From Chlorokybus atmophyticus (taxonomy: Eukaryota; Plantae; Mesostigma and Chlorokybus algae), in assembly GCA_009103225.1 (NCBI GenBank), contig RHPI01002568.1, positions 75,742 to 139,741 of the forward strand: a stretch of 64,000 nucleotides of DNA, read 5' to 3'. Below are positions 1-10,407 of this stretch, piece after piece. Below the pieces are notes generated by a model that was not told where the DNA came from, searched no databases, and saw only the letters and a program-made list of their open reading frames with translations. A program made the position numbers and the translations under genes. The stretch's first letter is position 1, and each line of letters opens with the position of its first letter.

Positions 1-728
1 GCCAAATCCTGTCCCAGGTTGGAGGAAGGACGAGGCAAGTGTTGTTGAGAGAGGTTTTGTATGTCCCAGGGCTAGAGGTTAGCCTATTCTCTGTGCGCAT
101 CGCGGCGAGAGTTGGTGCTGTGACAGTGTTTAGTGGGGACATAGGAAGGGTAGTGCTGCGTGGTGTCACAGAGTTGGTTGGCATCAACGTTGGAGGGCTC
201 TACATCATTATGGATGTCAAGGGTGCGGAGATGCACAAGAAGACCAAGGTGGAGGTGTCCAAGTCAGCACCGGTTGTGAAGAAGATGAAGTAGAAGGCCA
301 AGGTCGAGCCTGTTACTCATAAGGGAGCGGGAGCTCAAGAGAAGGTGACGAATAGCGTGTCACATGCGAGTGGTGGAGTAATTCCACGTGTGGAGGTTGC
401 TGGTGGTGTCAAGAAGGCTGAAGGTGCAGTTCCGGAGCCCGTGGGAGCCAAATGAGGCGTTGGCATCAGCAAGGACAAGAAGGAGAAGCATGGTAGTAGT
501 GGTGTGCAGGACGTTGCCGAGAGTGAGCACGTGGGAGCACATGCAAATGACCATGAGAGTTGCAATAAGGGTGTGCAAGTGAAGAGCTTCAAGGAGGCGC
601 TCATGAGAGGTGCGGGAAGTGTTTTCAAGATGGTTGAAAGAGCAAAGGATGGCGTGGGAGTTCGTCGCGCATAAGTACGCAAGGAGTTGGCATCGAAGGT
701 GTTAAAGGCCAAGCTGCCCGCGTGGGAG
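1..728 (+). mobile_element. Ty1/copia-derived internal remnant (non-autonomous or deleted derivative), ending at its 3' LTR
   Basis: ORF 39..293 (LLREVLYVPGLEVSLFSVR) resembles the post-protease segment of the copia ORF at 12862..13452 (LLRNVLHVPKAIASLFSVR). The sequence just before the LTR (caagctgcccgcgtgggag) matches the sequence before the 3' LTR of the copia at 9942-14832 (caagctgctcgcgtgggag). Confidence 0.65.
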
Positions 729-1197
729 TGTTGAGAATATTCTTGTATCCGGTCAGCTTGCCCTGTGGATAAAAATAGCCACGAGAAGATTCAGGTGCGA
801 GAAGGTTCCAGTCGATAAAGGTCCAGGCGAGGACTTCAGTCGAGAAGGTTCCAGGCGCGGAGTCGAGTCCGGAGTCTGGAGACTTCCAGGCGCTGTAGAA
901 GAAACGTTGTAGCTCGGTGGTTACGTTATTGTATGGCGCGTGTCATAGCTTGTTGAAAAGCTCTTGAAAGTAGCTACGCGGTGCAACTTAGAGCGCAGGC
1001 ATCGGTTGAGTGTAGAAGTCGTGGTGGCTTCTAGAGTAGACAGGTGCAGAACTGGCGGGTATAAAAGCCCGCGGTATGACTTTGTTGTAATCCTTAGAAA
1101 GCCTTTTGGATCAGCCTTGTGTGTATGCTCTGGTAGAGTGTGTGTACTTGTGCTTGCACCAAATCCATGCATGGTCTGTAGTGTCCGAATCTCAACA
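729..1197 (+). repeat. Copia-family LTR (3' LTR of the remnant at 1-728)
   Basis: Termini TGTTGAGA...TCTCAACA; near-identical in reverse to 16386-16851; no TSD, as expected for a 3' LTR still attached to internal sequence. Confidence 0.85.
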
Positions 1198-1631
1198 CGA
1201 TTTCGTGGGCTTGGTCTCTCCCATGCCAGGTTGGCCGTTCGCATCACGGTGACCAGCGTGCACGTTGTTTATACAGTAAAGACAGCCCCATAAAAATTGC
1301 GGCGCTGTGGACGACCTCCTTCGAGCCATGGTGTACTGCCTGGGACTGTCCACCGTGCCAAGAGACTGTCAACACCTACCCAATAGCACCCTGAACCAAA
1401 CCCTTCACCCTCAATCTTCGCTCAACAACAACAACAACTATGCCAAAGGTCTTGCAGCGCTTATGTACGCCGCCAACCCACAGACAGCCGTTGATCATGG
1501 TGCTGACAGCCGTCAATTCCTAGGTGAGTTCAACCCTAATTTACCGGCAGCCGCGTCGCTCTCTTGGCGAGTTGCATTGTTGCGCTCCTTGTGCGGCTTG
1601 TGCAAACTCACAGCGCTTGTGCGGCTTGTGT

Positions 1632-2160
1632 GGTTGTTATGTAAGGCACTGATCCGACAGTCCCGGTTGTTTATGTAAGGCACTGGTCCGACAATCCCTA
1701 TTGACAGTGCACAGCTTGCGTTGCTCACTTGCTGTGGTGCCAGGACACTTGCACTTTTGTTGTGCTGTTTGCCAGTTGATTTCAGCTGTTGGAAGGTGAG
1801 CAGGTTGCTTACAAGCTTGAATGCTGCTTGCTTGCTTGCATGACAGGCGACAGCTTGGGTTGCTCACTTGCTGTGGTGCCAGGAAACTTGCACTTGTGCT
1901 GTGCTGTTTGCCGGTTGTTTTCAGCTGTTGAAAGGTGAGCAGGTTGCTTACAAGCTTGAAAGCTTGCTTGCTTGTATGACAGTCTCTATTGACAGTCGAC
2001 AGCTTGCGTTACTCACTTGCTGTTGTGCCAGGACACTTGCACTTCTGCTGTGCTGTTTGCCAGTTGATTTCAACTGTTAAAAGGTGAGCAGGTTGCTTAC
2101 AAGCTTGAATGCCGCTTCCTTGCTTACATGACAGTCTCTATTGACAGTCGACAGCTTAGG
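1632..2160 (+). repeat. Tandem repeat array: two ~33-bp units followed by about three 140-152-bp units
   Basis: ggttgt(t)tatgtaaggcactg occurs at 1632 and 1665; the unit (tatt)gacag..gacagcttg..ctcacttgctg..gtgccagga..ggtgagcaggttgcttacaagcttgaa restarts near 1699, 1843, 1987 and 2139. Confidence 0.85.
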
Positions 2161-3829
2161 TTGCCCCAAGTGGGAAGTCAAACTGTCTTTGCTCTAAGTT
2201 CAGTTGTTTGTTCATGCAGTCCAACTGACACCGTGACCACTGGGGAGGCAAGACAAATGCCCGCTGCAACTGATTGCGTCAGAGCAAAGGGGAACCACTT
2301 GCTCGGCCAAGTGACGGGCTCGCAGTTCCTAATGAAACCAGAGTTCAAGCATATGCGCACAACGCATATCAACAACCTGGCGAAGCTGAAAAAGGGACAT
2401 ATGCGAGTCAGAACAACCAAAGCGGACGTACAATGTCTGTGTTACCCACTGGATGCCAGTGAGAAGCAAGGATGGCAACCTTGGCATTCACCTACTTGTG
2501 AAAGAGAGGCATTTTCTCTATGGCCAGCTGGCAAGCAGCTGCCATGGTGGGCGTACTCTGGAGGTACATTGCTTGCTGTGGATATGCTCCTGCTGTGACA
2601 GTATGGTGCATGCGTGCAAGAACATCTCTGTTTTAAACAGCATGCAGGGCAGGGAGATGGAGTGGCCCATGATGTTCTTGGCCGGCGGAGGCATCTGTCC
2701 ATGTGAGGCATGCGGCAACGACGATCGCATTGTGGTGCCGGGTTGCAAGAACATACTGCCTATGACTGCAGCTCGGCACAGCACAGATACAGACACAAAG
2801 GTCAGTAAGGGCTGTTGTTAGCGCGCGGCATGACTTATTGGCACGCGTTTGCGCACACACTCACAACAGCACACATACCATCTCTTACATCACATCACGC
2901 ACTGTCTCCAACTATCTGTTGCTCTCTGACAGACACGGACAGTCGCACACACATACATCACACCGTGCTTGTATGGCGTTACGTTAAGCCGCGCACTCGT
3001 GGTCCTCACAGTCACTTGACAGTCGCAGGCTGTCTCATATGGACAGTCGCCAATGCAATCTATTGATGGATGTATAACATGTGCAGGCTGCTGGAGCCAT
3101 CTTCGACTATGAAGATTAAACAGTTGCAATGGACTTGGATTTTGCAGCTGCGATTGTTTGCGACACCAAACCAAACGCTCCCATTAGAGAGCAGGCGATA
3201 GACGTGTACGAATACTACTAGCACATTGAGCACGCGGTGTTCACCGGTCGTCACTAGCTGCCATTCAAGGATCCTGAGCGAATGGTGTCTTATCCAGACG
3301 AGAGGATCTTGCGAGCAATTGTCAGCTTTGCAGCAAAGAAAAGAAAGAAAAAATGGTTGATGGCGAACAACGAGGTTGAAGGAGGGTGCGAGTGGCGATA
3401 TGAATCTCGCAAACTACCAGGTGTGCATATTAAACTGCAAGTCATTGACATCCTTGGGTAGTTGTCAAGATGACTACACATCGCAGGGCTGTTGGGCGAG
3501 GGAAGGAAGAAAAAGCCATAGCAACCCAAGAGGCAGTGGATGCGACAGCCCTAGGTGCGTGGTTTACTGTGCTACAGTTACATGTGTGTCACAATACTGT
3601 GTGTCTTGTGTAAGCACAGGTAGACTCACAGTTGTTTTGCAGATATTTGATGCACGAGTTGGCTGGAGGGGCTGTTCACAGAGGCTGTGAAGCAAGGGTG
3701 TCCCTGGCTCCTGAGGCTGTCGTTGGCTCCTAAGGCTGGGATAAAAATCCCGATCCAGAGGTACGGACCATTGATGGGCCTTTGACGTCAATCGGTGTGA
3801 TGGCGCGTGTACAAGTTCTCATGGCATCA

Positions 3830-4486
3830 AGCTCGAACGTGCATGTGAAGGTGCCAAAGCCATTCAAGGGTCAACGTGATGGAGATGCAGTAGACGAATG
3901 AGTATTTTAAGTATCGTCTTGGTTGAAGCTCACGGAGGTGCCCACGCATCCGCACGTTGAGGTTGTAGCGACATTGCTTGAAGGTGCGACACTTGTATGG
4001 TGAAGACCCCGTTGTACGCGTGTCGCAAAAGGGTTGGCGCTACCAATAACCACCATAGACGAGTTGGCTCTGAAGACCAGGCATCAGTTTGTTCCCGTGG
4101 AGAGTGTAAAGGCAGCACGCGATAACATTGCAGCCCTTGTGCAAATGGGGTCGGTGACGGCGTACACGGCTACGTTTCAGCATTTGGTGATGTCCATACC
4201 CAACATGACCGAGGAAGAGCAGTTGGACACGTACACACGTGGTTTGAAACTTTTGGGACTTAAAGAAGTGGACCTACGGGACCGTAAAACTTTGGTGGAA
4301 GCTATACGCATCGTGGAGTGTCTCGACGCGTTGTACTTCAAGTCTTCTGCAACAAACGCTGATTGGAGGCGTGGGAGCAAGCAAGAGCTTGGTGATCAGC
4401 CTAGGGAAAGCTTTCAACATGCATGGACACGAAGGGAACCAAGTTCACAACTTGCTAAGGAAGGTGGAGCTGATTTTAGACCATCA
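3830..4486 (+). pseudogene. gag: Degenerate Ty3/gypsy gag (retrotransposon gag domain), cut off by the insertion at 4487
   Basis: KVPKPFKGQRDGDAV...AARDNIAALVQMGSVTAYTATFQHLVMSIPNMTEEEQLDTYTRGLK is typical of gypsy capsid; there are upstream in-frame stops. Confidence 0.7.
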
Positions 4487-5175
4487 TGTCGGGTCGAGGA
4501 GAGTTAAGGGTCACATTGTCTCGGGCCGCTGCAGGGAAATACATGCTTGCTAACCCTGTCGCTGCAACATGTTATAACATGTAATAAAAGTAAAAGATTA
4601 TCGAGATGCGTTGACAAACCTACACATGCACATGTATGCACGCCACCCAACACCAACGCCAAGAGTCTGCAACAACAAGACTAAGACCAAGACCATCTAT
4701 TGCCATCGTGTCCGCGGTTTTAATACTCGCCAGGAATACACCTGTCTACTCTAGAAGCAACCACGTTCGCTACACGTATTCGAATGCTGCATTCTAAGAA
4801 GCATCTTGTAACTACTTTCAAGGGCTATTTACTAAGCTCTAGAACGCCCAAATTGGTGCAGTAACCACCGAGTTATGACGATTCTCGTGCAGGCCGGAAA
4901 GTCGCCAGACTCCGGACTCGAGTCCGCGCCTAGAACCTTCACGCGCCTGGAAACTTTCGACTTGAGTCCTCGCCTAGAGCCTTCTCGCGGCCATTCCTAT
5001 TCAGAGGGCAAGCTGACCGTCCGCCTGGATGTAGGAATATCTTCAACAAAGATAACCCAGCTCGTATGGCGAGGAGTGCTTGGTGGAGCTGCTCCGCTGT
5101 CGCTAAATCACACGGACATGTGGAGGTGGTGTCCTCCTTAGTGTATAGGCTGTGCTGTAGGGCACACAGTTAACA
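4487..5175 (-). repeat. Terminal repeat A2 of the decayed gypsy (contains the solo LTR at 4599-5048)
   Basis: Starts TGTTAAC and ends CCCGACA on the minus strand; matches 5807-6039 once the insertion is removed. Confidence 0.85.
4599..5048 (-). repeat. Copia-family solo LTR with 5-bp TSD AAGAT
   Basis: Minus-strand start TGTTGAAGATATTCCTACATCC with the GGTCAGCTTGCCC motif; aagat on both sides (4594-4598, 5049-5053); the other terminus has decayed to TA. Confidence 0.8.
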
Positions 5176-5804
5176 AGCTACTACTATAGGTAGTGCTGTT
5201 TACACAGTTCTTTGCATGAGCGGAAGTGTGTTACACTTTTAAGTGAGGTGAATGAGCAAGCAACACGTGGATATTACGCCCTAACTGATGCCGACAAACA
5301 CAGTGCGAGCAGGCACACCAAGCTCACAGCAATGACGAGCACGATGCACACACGAGCATGCACAGGCTCTCACACAGTGAGGGGGTTCTTGGTAACCGGG
5401 ATGGCGTTGTTCGCAATTCAAGTCGTTTCACAAGCTCTTAGCTTTCTCACTCATTGTGGCACCGGCTGATCCGGTGAACACTGTGACTACTTATACAAGT
5501 CCAATCGATTGAACTTGTATAAGTGTTTTGAACAGTCATGACTGTTCAGAAAATAAGCTGACGGTCATATCGACGCTATTTCCACAGCAATTGTCACTCG
5601 ACATAGGACACAACTTATAATTGAACTCACAACTGAACAGCTACGCGTGGTGCCTATGTAGGCTATGGTTGTGAGCTATTCAGGAGTCATGACCTAGCTA
5701 ATGGTCGGTGACGCGCGCGCGCTGGTATGCTGGTAGGTCCGGCGATGGTTTTCGATGTAGACATGCTCAGTGAAGGTAGGTATGCGAGGGCATTAGGCAT
5801 GACA
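5176..5804 (-). repeat. Terminal repeat B2 of the decayed gypsy
   Basis: Begins TGTCATGCC on the minus strand and is clearly homologous to 18868-19462 and 29102-29697. Confidence 0.85.
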
Positions 5805-5806
5805 GC

Positions 5807-6039
5807 TGTCGGGTCGAGGAGAGTCAAGGGTCACATTGTCTCGGGCCGCTGCAGGGAAAGACATGCTTGCTAGCCCTGTCGCTGCAACATGTTATAACAT
5901 GTAATAAACGTAAAAGATAACCTAGCTCGTATGGCATGAGTGCTTGGTGGAGCTGCTCCGCTGTTGCTGAATCACATGGACATGTGGAGGCGGTGTCCTC
6001 CTTATTGAACAGGCTGTGCTGTAGGGCACACACTTAACA
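5807..6039 (-). repeat. Terminal repeat A1 of the decayed gypsy, directly after the PPT
   Basis: Preceded by CAGGGGGGGTGGCT, runs TGTTAAG...CCCGACA, and is separated from B2 by GC. Confidence 0.85.
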
Positions 6040-6089
6040 AGCCACCCCCCCTGAGTTTTTGGGAAGGTTCCAGCTCCAGATTTCAGTTG

Positions 6090-8290
6090 TTAACGTAGGT
6101 GAGGAGGACCGTTGGTGCAGCAATTGTCGCACCAATACTCTTCCATGGGTATTGCGTCCAATGGGGGCTCCAATCAGTAGCAATGCAGGCCCTTGTTGCA
6201 ACCATTGCAAAGCATTATGAGTGCGTCGTCGCTGGCGCTGCCGCATCGTTCACAGCGTGTGCTGCGGGCGCGGCGAGGGTGCTGGATGCGCGCAAAGGCC
6301 GCTATGTAAGGAAGATGACATGGCGCGCAGTTCACCATGTTGTCTTTCAACCTCTCGCCGTTTTGACTGAGGAGGTCCAGCAGTCCTGTGGGGTACACCT
6401 TGAGTACCTTGTAAACGGTGCGGCCCACGGATGTGTCGAGCGTGTCCTTAGTTGCTGTCATGCGGTAGGCAAAGTACCCTGCTTGAAACCGTCGTTGGCG
6501 CTCATTGTAGAAGCCGCTCCGCACGCCCTCGTAGCGCAGGGTGTCGCGGTGTTGCGCAATGCGCAGGTTGTTGAAGGCCATCGGGACGGTGTGCTCGAAC
6601 AGCGTGGCGCGTATGATAATGTCGTGGTGCATCCAGTCGAGATCGCCGAGGTTGTTCATTACAAGGTCTCCTTCTTGCTTTGCACGAAAGGGAAGCAATA
6701 ACGGACGCCCGAACAGCAGGTAGTATGGGCTGTACTCGCGCAGAGCCGCCTGCTTTTACAATCGGTATTCAAGAGCCACCTAAGGAAGGTGGTCGTCCCA
6801 GGTTTTCTTCTCATATTTTAGCACGTACTTGCGGAGTGCCTTCTTGATGGTCTGTACTGTCTGCTTGGCAAGACTGTCGGCTTAGGGGTGGTCACACGAA
6901 GTGCGACAATGATCGATGTAGCATCTGTTCAACAGGGTGTTAAACTCCCCTCTGAACTCAGTGCCTTGGTCGGTGATAACTTCAGCACAGTTGCCGAACC
7001 GGCTGAGGACATGGGAGAGGAAGGCTTGAGACACCCCCCTGCTGCTCTTGTCGGATAATGGCACCAGCTCCACCCATCCGAAGAAGTGCTCAATTATGAC
7101 CAGGATGTAACGGTTGCCACGTGCCGAGGGTGCCAAGTCTTCCAAGATGTTGAGTCCCCAGCGATAGAAAAGACCGGAGATGGGGAGAGGGTGCAAGGTG
7201 GCGTTGCGTGTGTTGAGGCTGGCGCATATCATGTCACACTGTTGGCAGTGATTGACGAGCCCCTAAACCTGTTTGGACCCATACCACCAATATTGTGCCC
7301 TTACCAGGCTGACGGTACGCTTGATACCGAACTGTCCAAGCTTGGTGTGAAGGGCAGTGATGATGCCCTCGCGTGTCGGCACCTCCTTGTCCTCATTATG
7401 GACGCGGCAGTACTGTTGAAGGTATCACATGGGTGACGCTTGTATCCGGTCAGCTTGCCCTCTACACAAGAGTCGAGAGTCGAAGGTATGTGCTGAGCAC
7501 GTGGACTTCGGACTTAGTAAGATGGTTGAGCCAGGACTCCGGACTTGATGCTGAGTAGAGCGTTGGGAGAAACCGCGCATCTTTGTAGATACGTAAGCTT
7601 AGCAGGCGTGGCTTAACTTGCTGGAAAGCTCCGGTCGTGAGCTAAACAGCGCAACTTGAAGCGCGTTAAAAGGCTGAGTATTGTGCACGGTGCTTGCAAA
7701 TGTAGACGTGTGTAGAAACTAGCGGGGTATAAAACCCCTGGACTTGTATGGCATTGATGGCAGTAGCAGTCATGCTCTTGTGTTGATGTTGTTGGCGTGT
7801 CACTTGCACGTGTGTATGTCAACAAGTACACCTTGTCATCCACCCACCAGTAGTGGCAGGTGCGTGGACTGACATGATCTTTCTATCGTGCACTCATGTT
7901 GGGGGGAAGCTGGCCACTTTGAAAGAAGGAGATGATGGCTTGTCCAGCCATATGTCCCGCCTAGTGTCGGTGGGTGCCAGCTCGGTGTCATCGACTTCAA
8001 TGTCGGACGCGTGGACGTCCCCTAGGGGTGTGGTCGCTGTGGGGCCGGTAGACTCAAGGGTCGAAATCTCCTCTGCCGTTGAGGTGGCGGAAGTGCTGAT
8101 CTGGCGCCCTAACCGTAACGCGGCAACAACAGCAAACATGGCCGCCACGGTGGGAGCTGCTGCTGCAGGGCCGAGCTTGTGCCGAGCTCCGGTTGCATCG
8201 TTGGTATTGAGGTGAGGGTTGCGATTGAGGCCATCATCGTCCTGGTTGGTGAGGCCGGCGCGGTGGTCGAAATCATACTCCTGCAACAAC
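6090..8290 (-). pseudogene. pol: Gypsy integrase with C-terminal PHD finger (decayed)
   Basis: RWGLNILEDL, DQGTEF, CERCGSASDDALIMLCNGCNKGLHCY; stops, frameshifts and a solo LTR at 7414-7824. Confidence 0.9.
7414..7824 (+). repeat. Copia-family solo LTR with 5-bp TSD AGTAC
   Basis: TGTTGAAGG...TGTCAACA with agtac on both sides; contains tgtatccggtcagcttgccc. Confidence 0.85.
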
Positions 8291-9941
8291 AGGGCCCAGC
8301 GAGCAAGTTTCCCTGTCAGATGTTAGTTGATCATTAACCACTTGAGTGGCTGATGATCGGTAATCAACTGGAATTGCCGACCAAAGAGGAAAGGTCTGAA
8401 GAAGGAGATAGCCCACACTGCAGCAAGGCACTCCCCCTCGTAGCTGCTGTAGTTGGCCTCAGCGCTGTTGTTGCTTCGGCTGGCGTATGACACCACCCGC
8501 TCCTTCTTGTTCTCATCGTGCTGTACCAGCACAGCCCCCATCCCAAGCTTGCTCCAGTCGGTGTGGTGGATGAAGGGCTTGTTGTAGTCAGGGCGTTGCA
8601 GGATGGGAGCGGTGGTGAGCTTGCCCTTTAGCTCCTCAAACGCCTGCTGTTGTGGCTCCTTCCACGCAAAATCTATCTCTTCTTCAGAAGCTCGTTGAGG
8701 GGTCACGCGATGTTCGCAAAATACTTCACGCACCGGCGAAGGTAGTTGGCAAGGCTCAGAAAGGCGCGCAGGCGCGTAAGGTCTGTTGGAGCAGGTATAG
8801 CCGCCAAGGCCTCCACCTTTGCCTGCTGTACGTACACACCGTGGGGTACAACTATGCGCCCGAGGTAGGGTACCTTGCGAGTGAAAAAAGTGCACTTGTC
8901 GGGGTGCACCGTCATCCCCACCCCCTTGAGTCTCTCCAGCACTTCCTCAATGTGATGTAGGTGCTCTTTGTTGCTGCGGCTGAAGATGAGAATGTCGTCA
9001 ATGTAGCATCGCGCGAAGTCCAGCTCCTTCAAGGCTTTGTCCATGACGCGTTGAAACTTCCCAGGAGCATTCTTCAGGCCGAAGGGCATGACCTTCCATT
9101 GGTACAGCTGCCGGTTGCCCCAGAAAGAGGTCTTGTGCTTATCCTCCTTGATGGCAATCTGTGTGGAAAATATAGCATGGTTTGCAGTGCTCTCTACATG
9201 TATAGCATATGACACTTATATGCTATTGTCCAGTCAGCTTAGCTAGCCCTATTGTAGCTTATTAAGTTGGTACTTGATAAGCTACTCATAGACTGCAGTT
9301 GTATGTATAGGCTGCAGGCAGTTAGAACTGGTGCAGTCTGGTCTGGTCTTTAATAGGACCCAGACTGAGGGCCCAGAGCCGACAGGCCGCGGGTTATTAA
9401 GTTAATTCACTCTCAGGTCAGTACCTTTGGCGGTGTAGCTCTGCTCTTACCACTGTGCTGTGGATGCTTGTTGTGCATGGTTGCGTGCAGCATCTCTAGT
9501 CAACAATCTGGTTGTACCCTTCTTGTCGCATGTCCAGGACGCTGAAGACGGTACAGTCTCAAACATCATAAAAGATACCCTATATGTAGTAGGCATTCGA
9601 TACCTGTTTTATTTGGTTCTGTTGTTGAGGGGGTGATAGTCGCCGCACATACGCCGGTCTGTTTAGTTGCCTGCTGAATCCTTCTTCAGGGGCATGACGG
9701 TCGCGGCCGCAAAGTCCGATGTGGACTCTTCAATAAGGCCTGCATCTAGCAGAGCCTTGCACCTTTGCTCCAAGGCTTCTTCCCATTTGGAGAGTCGCTT
9801 TTGTTGTCGAAACACTAGTTCGGTGTCCACCAACTCAATATCCGTCTGGTAAACTAAGCAAACGCCCAATTCCTTCACGCTGAAGCTAAACTGACTCCTC
9901 CACTTGTCGAGGAGAGCCTCAAGTTGTTCTCGTGTCTGGCC
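8290..9941 (-). pseudogene. pol: Gypsy reverse transcriptase and RNase H (decayed)
   Basis: YQWKVMPFGLKNAPGKFQRVM, CYIDDILIFS, HTDWSKLGMGAVL, YASR; frameshifted and interrupted at 9162-9505. Confidence 0.9.
9162..9505 (+). repeat. Solo LTR (more divergent relative) with 5-bp TSD ATCTG
   Basis: TGTGGAAAATAT...TAGTCAACA with atctg on both sides; removing it restores the RT sequence YNQIAI. Confidence 0.8.
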
Positions 9942-10407
9942 TGTTGAAGGACTACCATGCACATGTAGCTGAGGCAAGCATGGATATACACGGACAGAGC
10001 TACCGCCACCAGAGCATACACAAGTCACATCACATTCATCTATTACAAGTTGTCCGCTGGTTCTTATACCAGCCAGTTACACACCCGTCTACATTTGCAA
10101 GCACTGCGTAAGCTATACTTACCCTTTTAACGCGCTCTAAGCTGTGTTGTCTTCCTTACAACCAGAGCTTTCCAACAAGCTCTTACACGTCTAATATGAG
10201 TAAGTATACGCGAAGATACAAAGCAGTTAGTAAGGCTCCAGTCTGGAGTCCGGAGTCTGGTCTGACGACGCCATCTTGCTAAGTCCGGACCTAGTGCTCG
10301 TCTTTACGACCTTCTATTCTTGTGTGGAGGGTTGATGCTGATCGTATGTAGGAATACTCTCAACACTCCCACGCGAGCAGCTTGACCTCCAACGCTTGCT
10401 CCTGTAG

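Noticed and set aside
921-1293. ORFs of ~100-170 aa repeated at 921-1293 and 16113-16659
   Set aside because: They lie within copies of the same LTR; the recurrence reflects the repeat, not coding conservation.
1632-2160. CRISPR-like array
   Set aside because: The units are contiguous diverging tandem repeats without unique spacers, in a eukaryotic context. The same applies to 57111-57447.
2128-3230. Possible coding fragments (ORF 2128..2598; a CPCEAC motif near 2700)
   Set aside because: No recognisable family motifs or consistent exon structure; left unannotated.
3238-3790. Candidate 5' LTR of the gag remnant at 3830-4486
   Set aside because: It starts with TG, but no second copy, clear CA end or PBS could be identified in the window.
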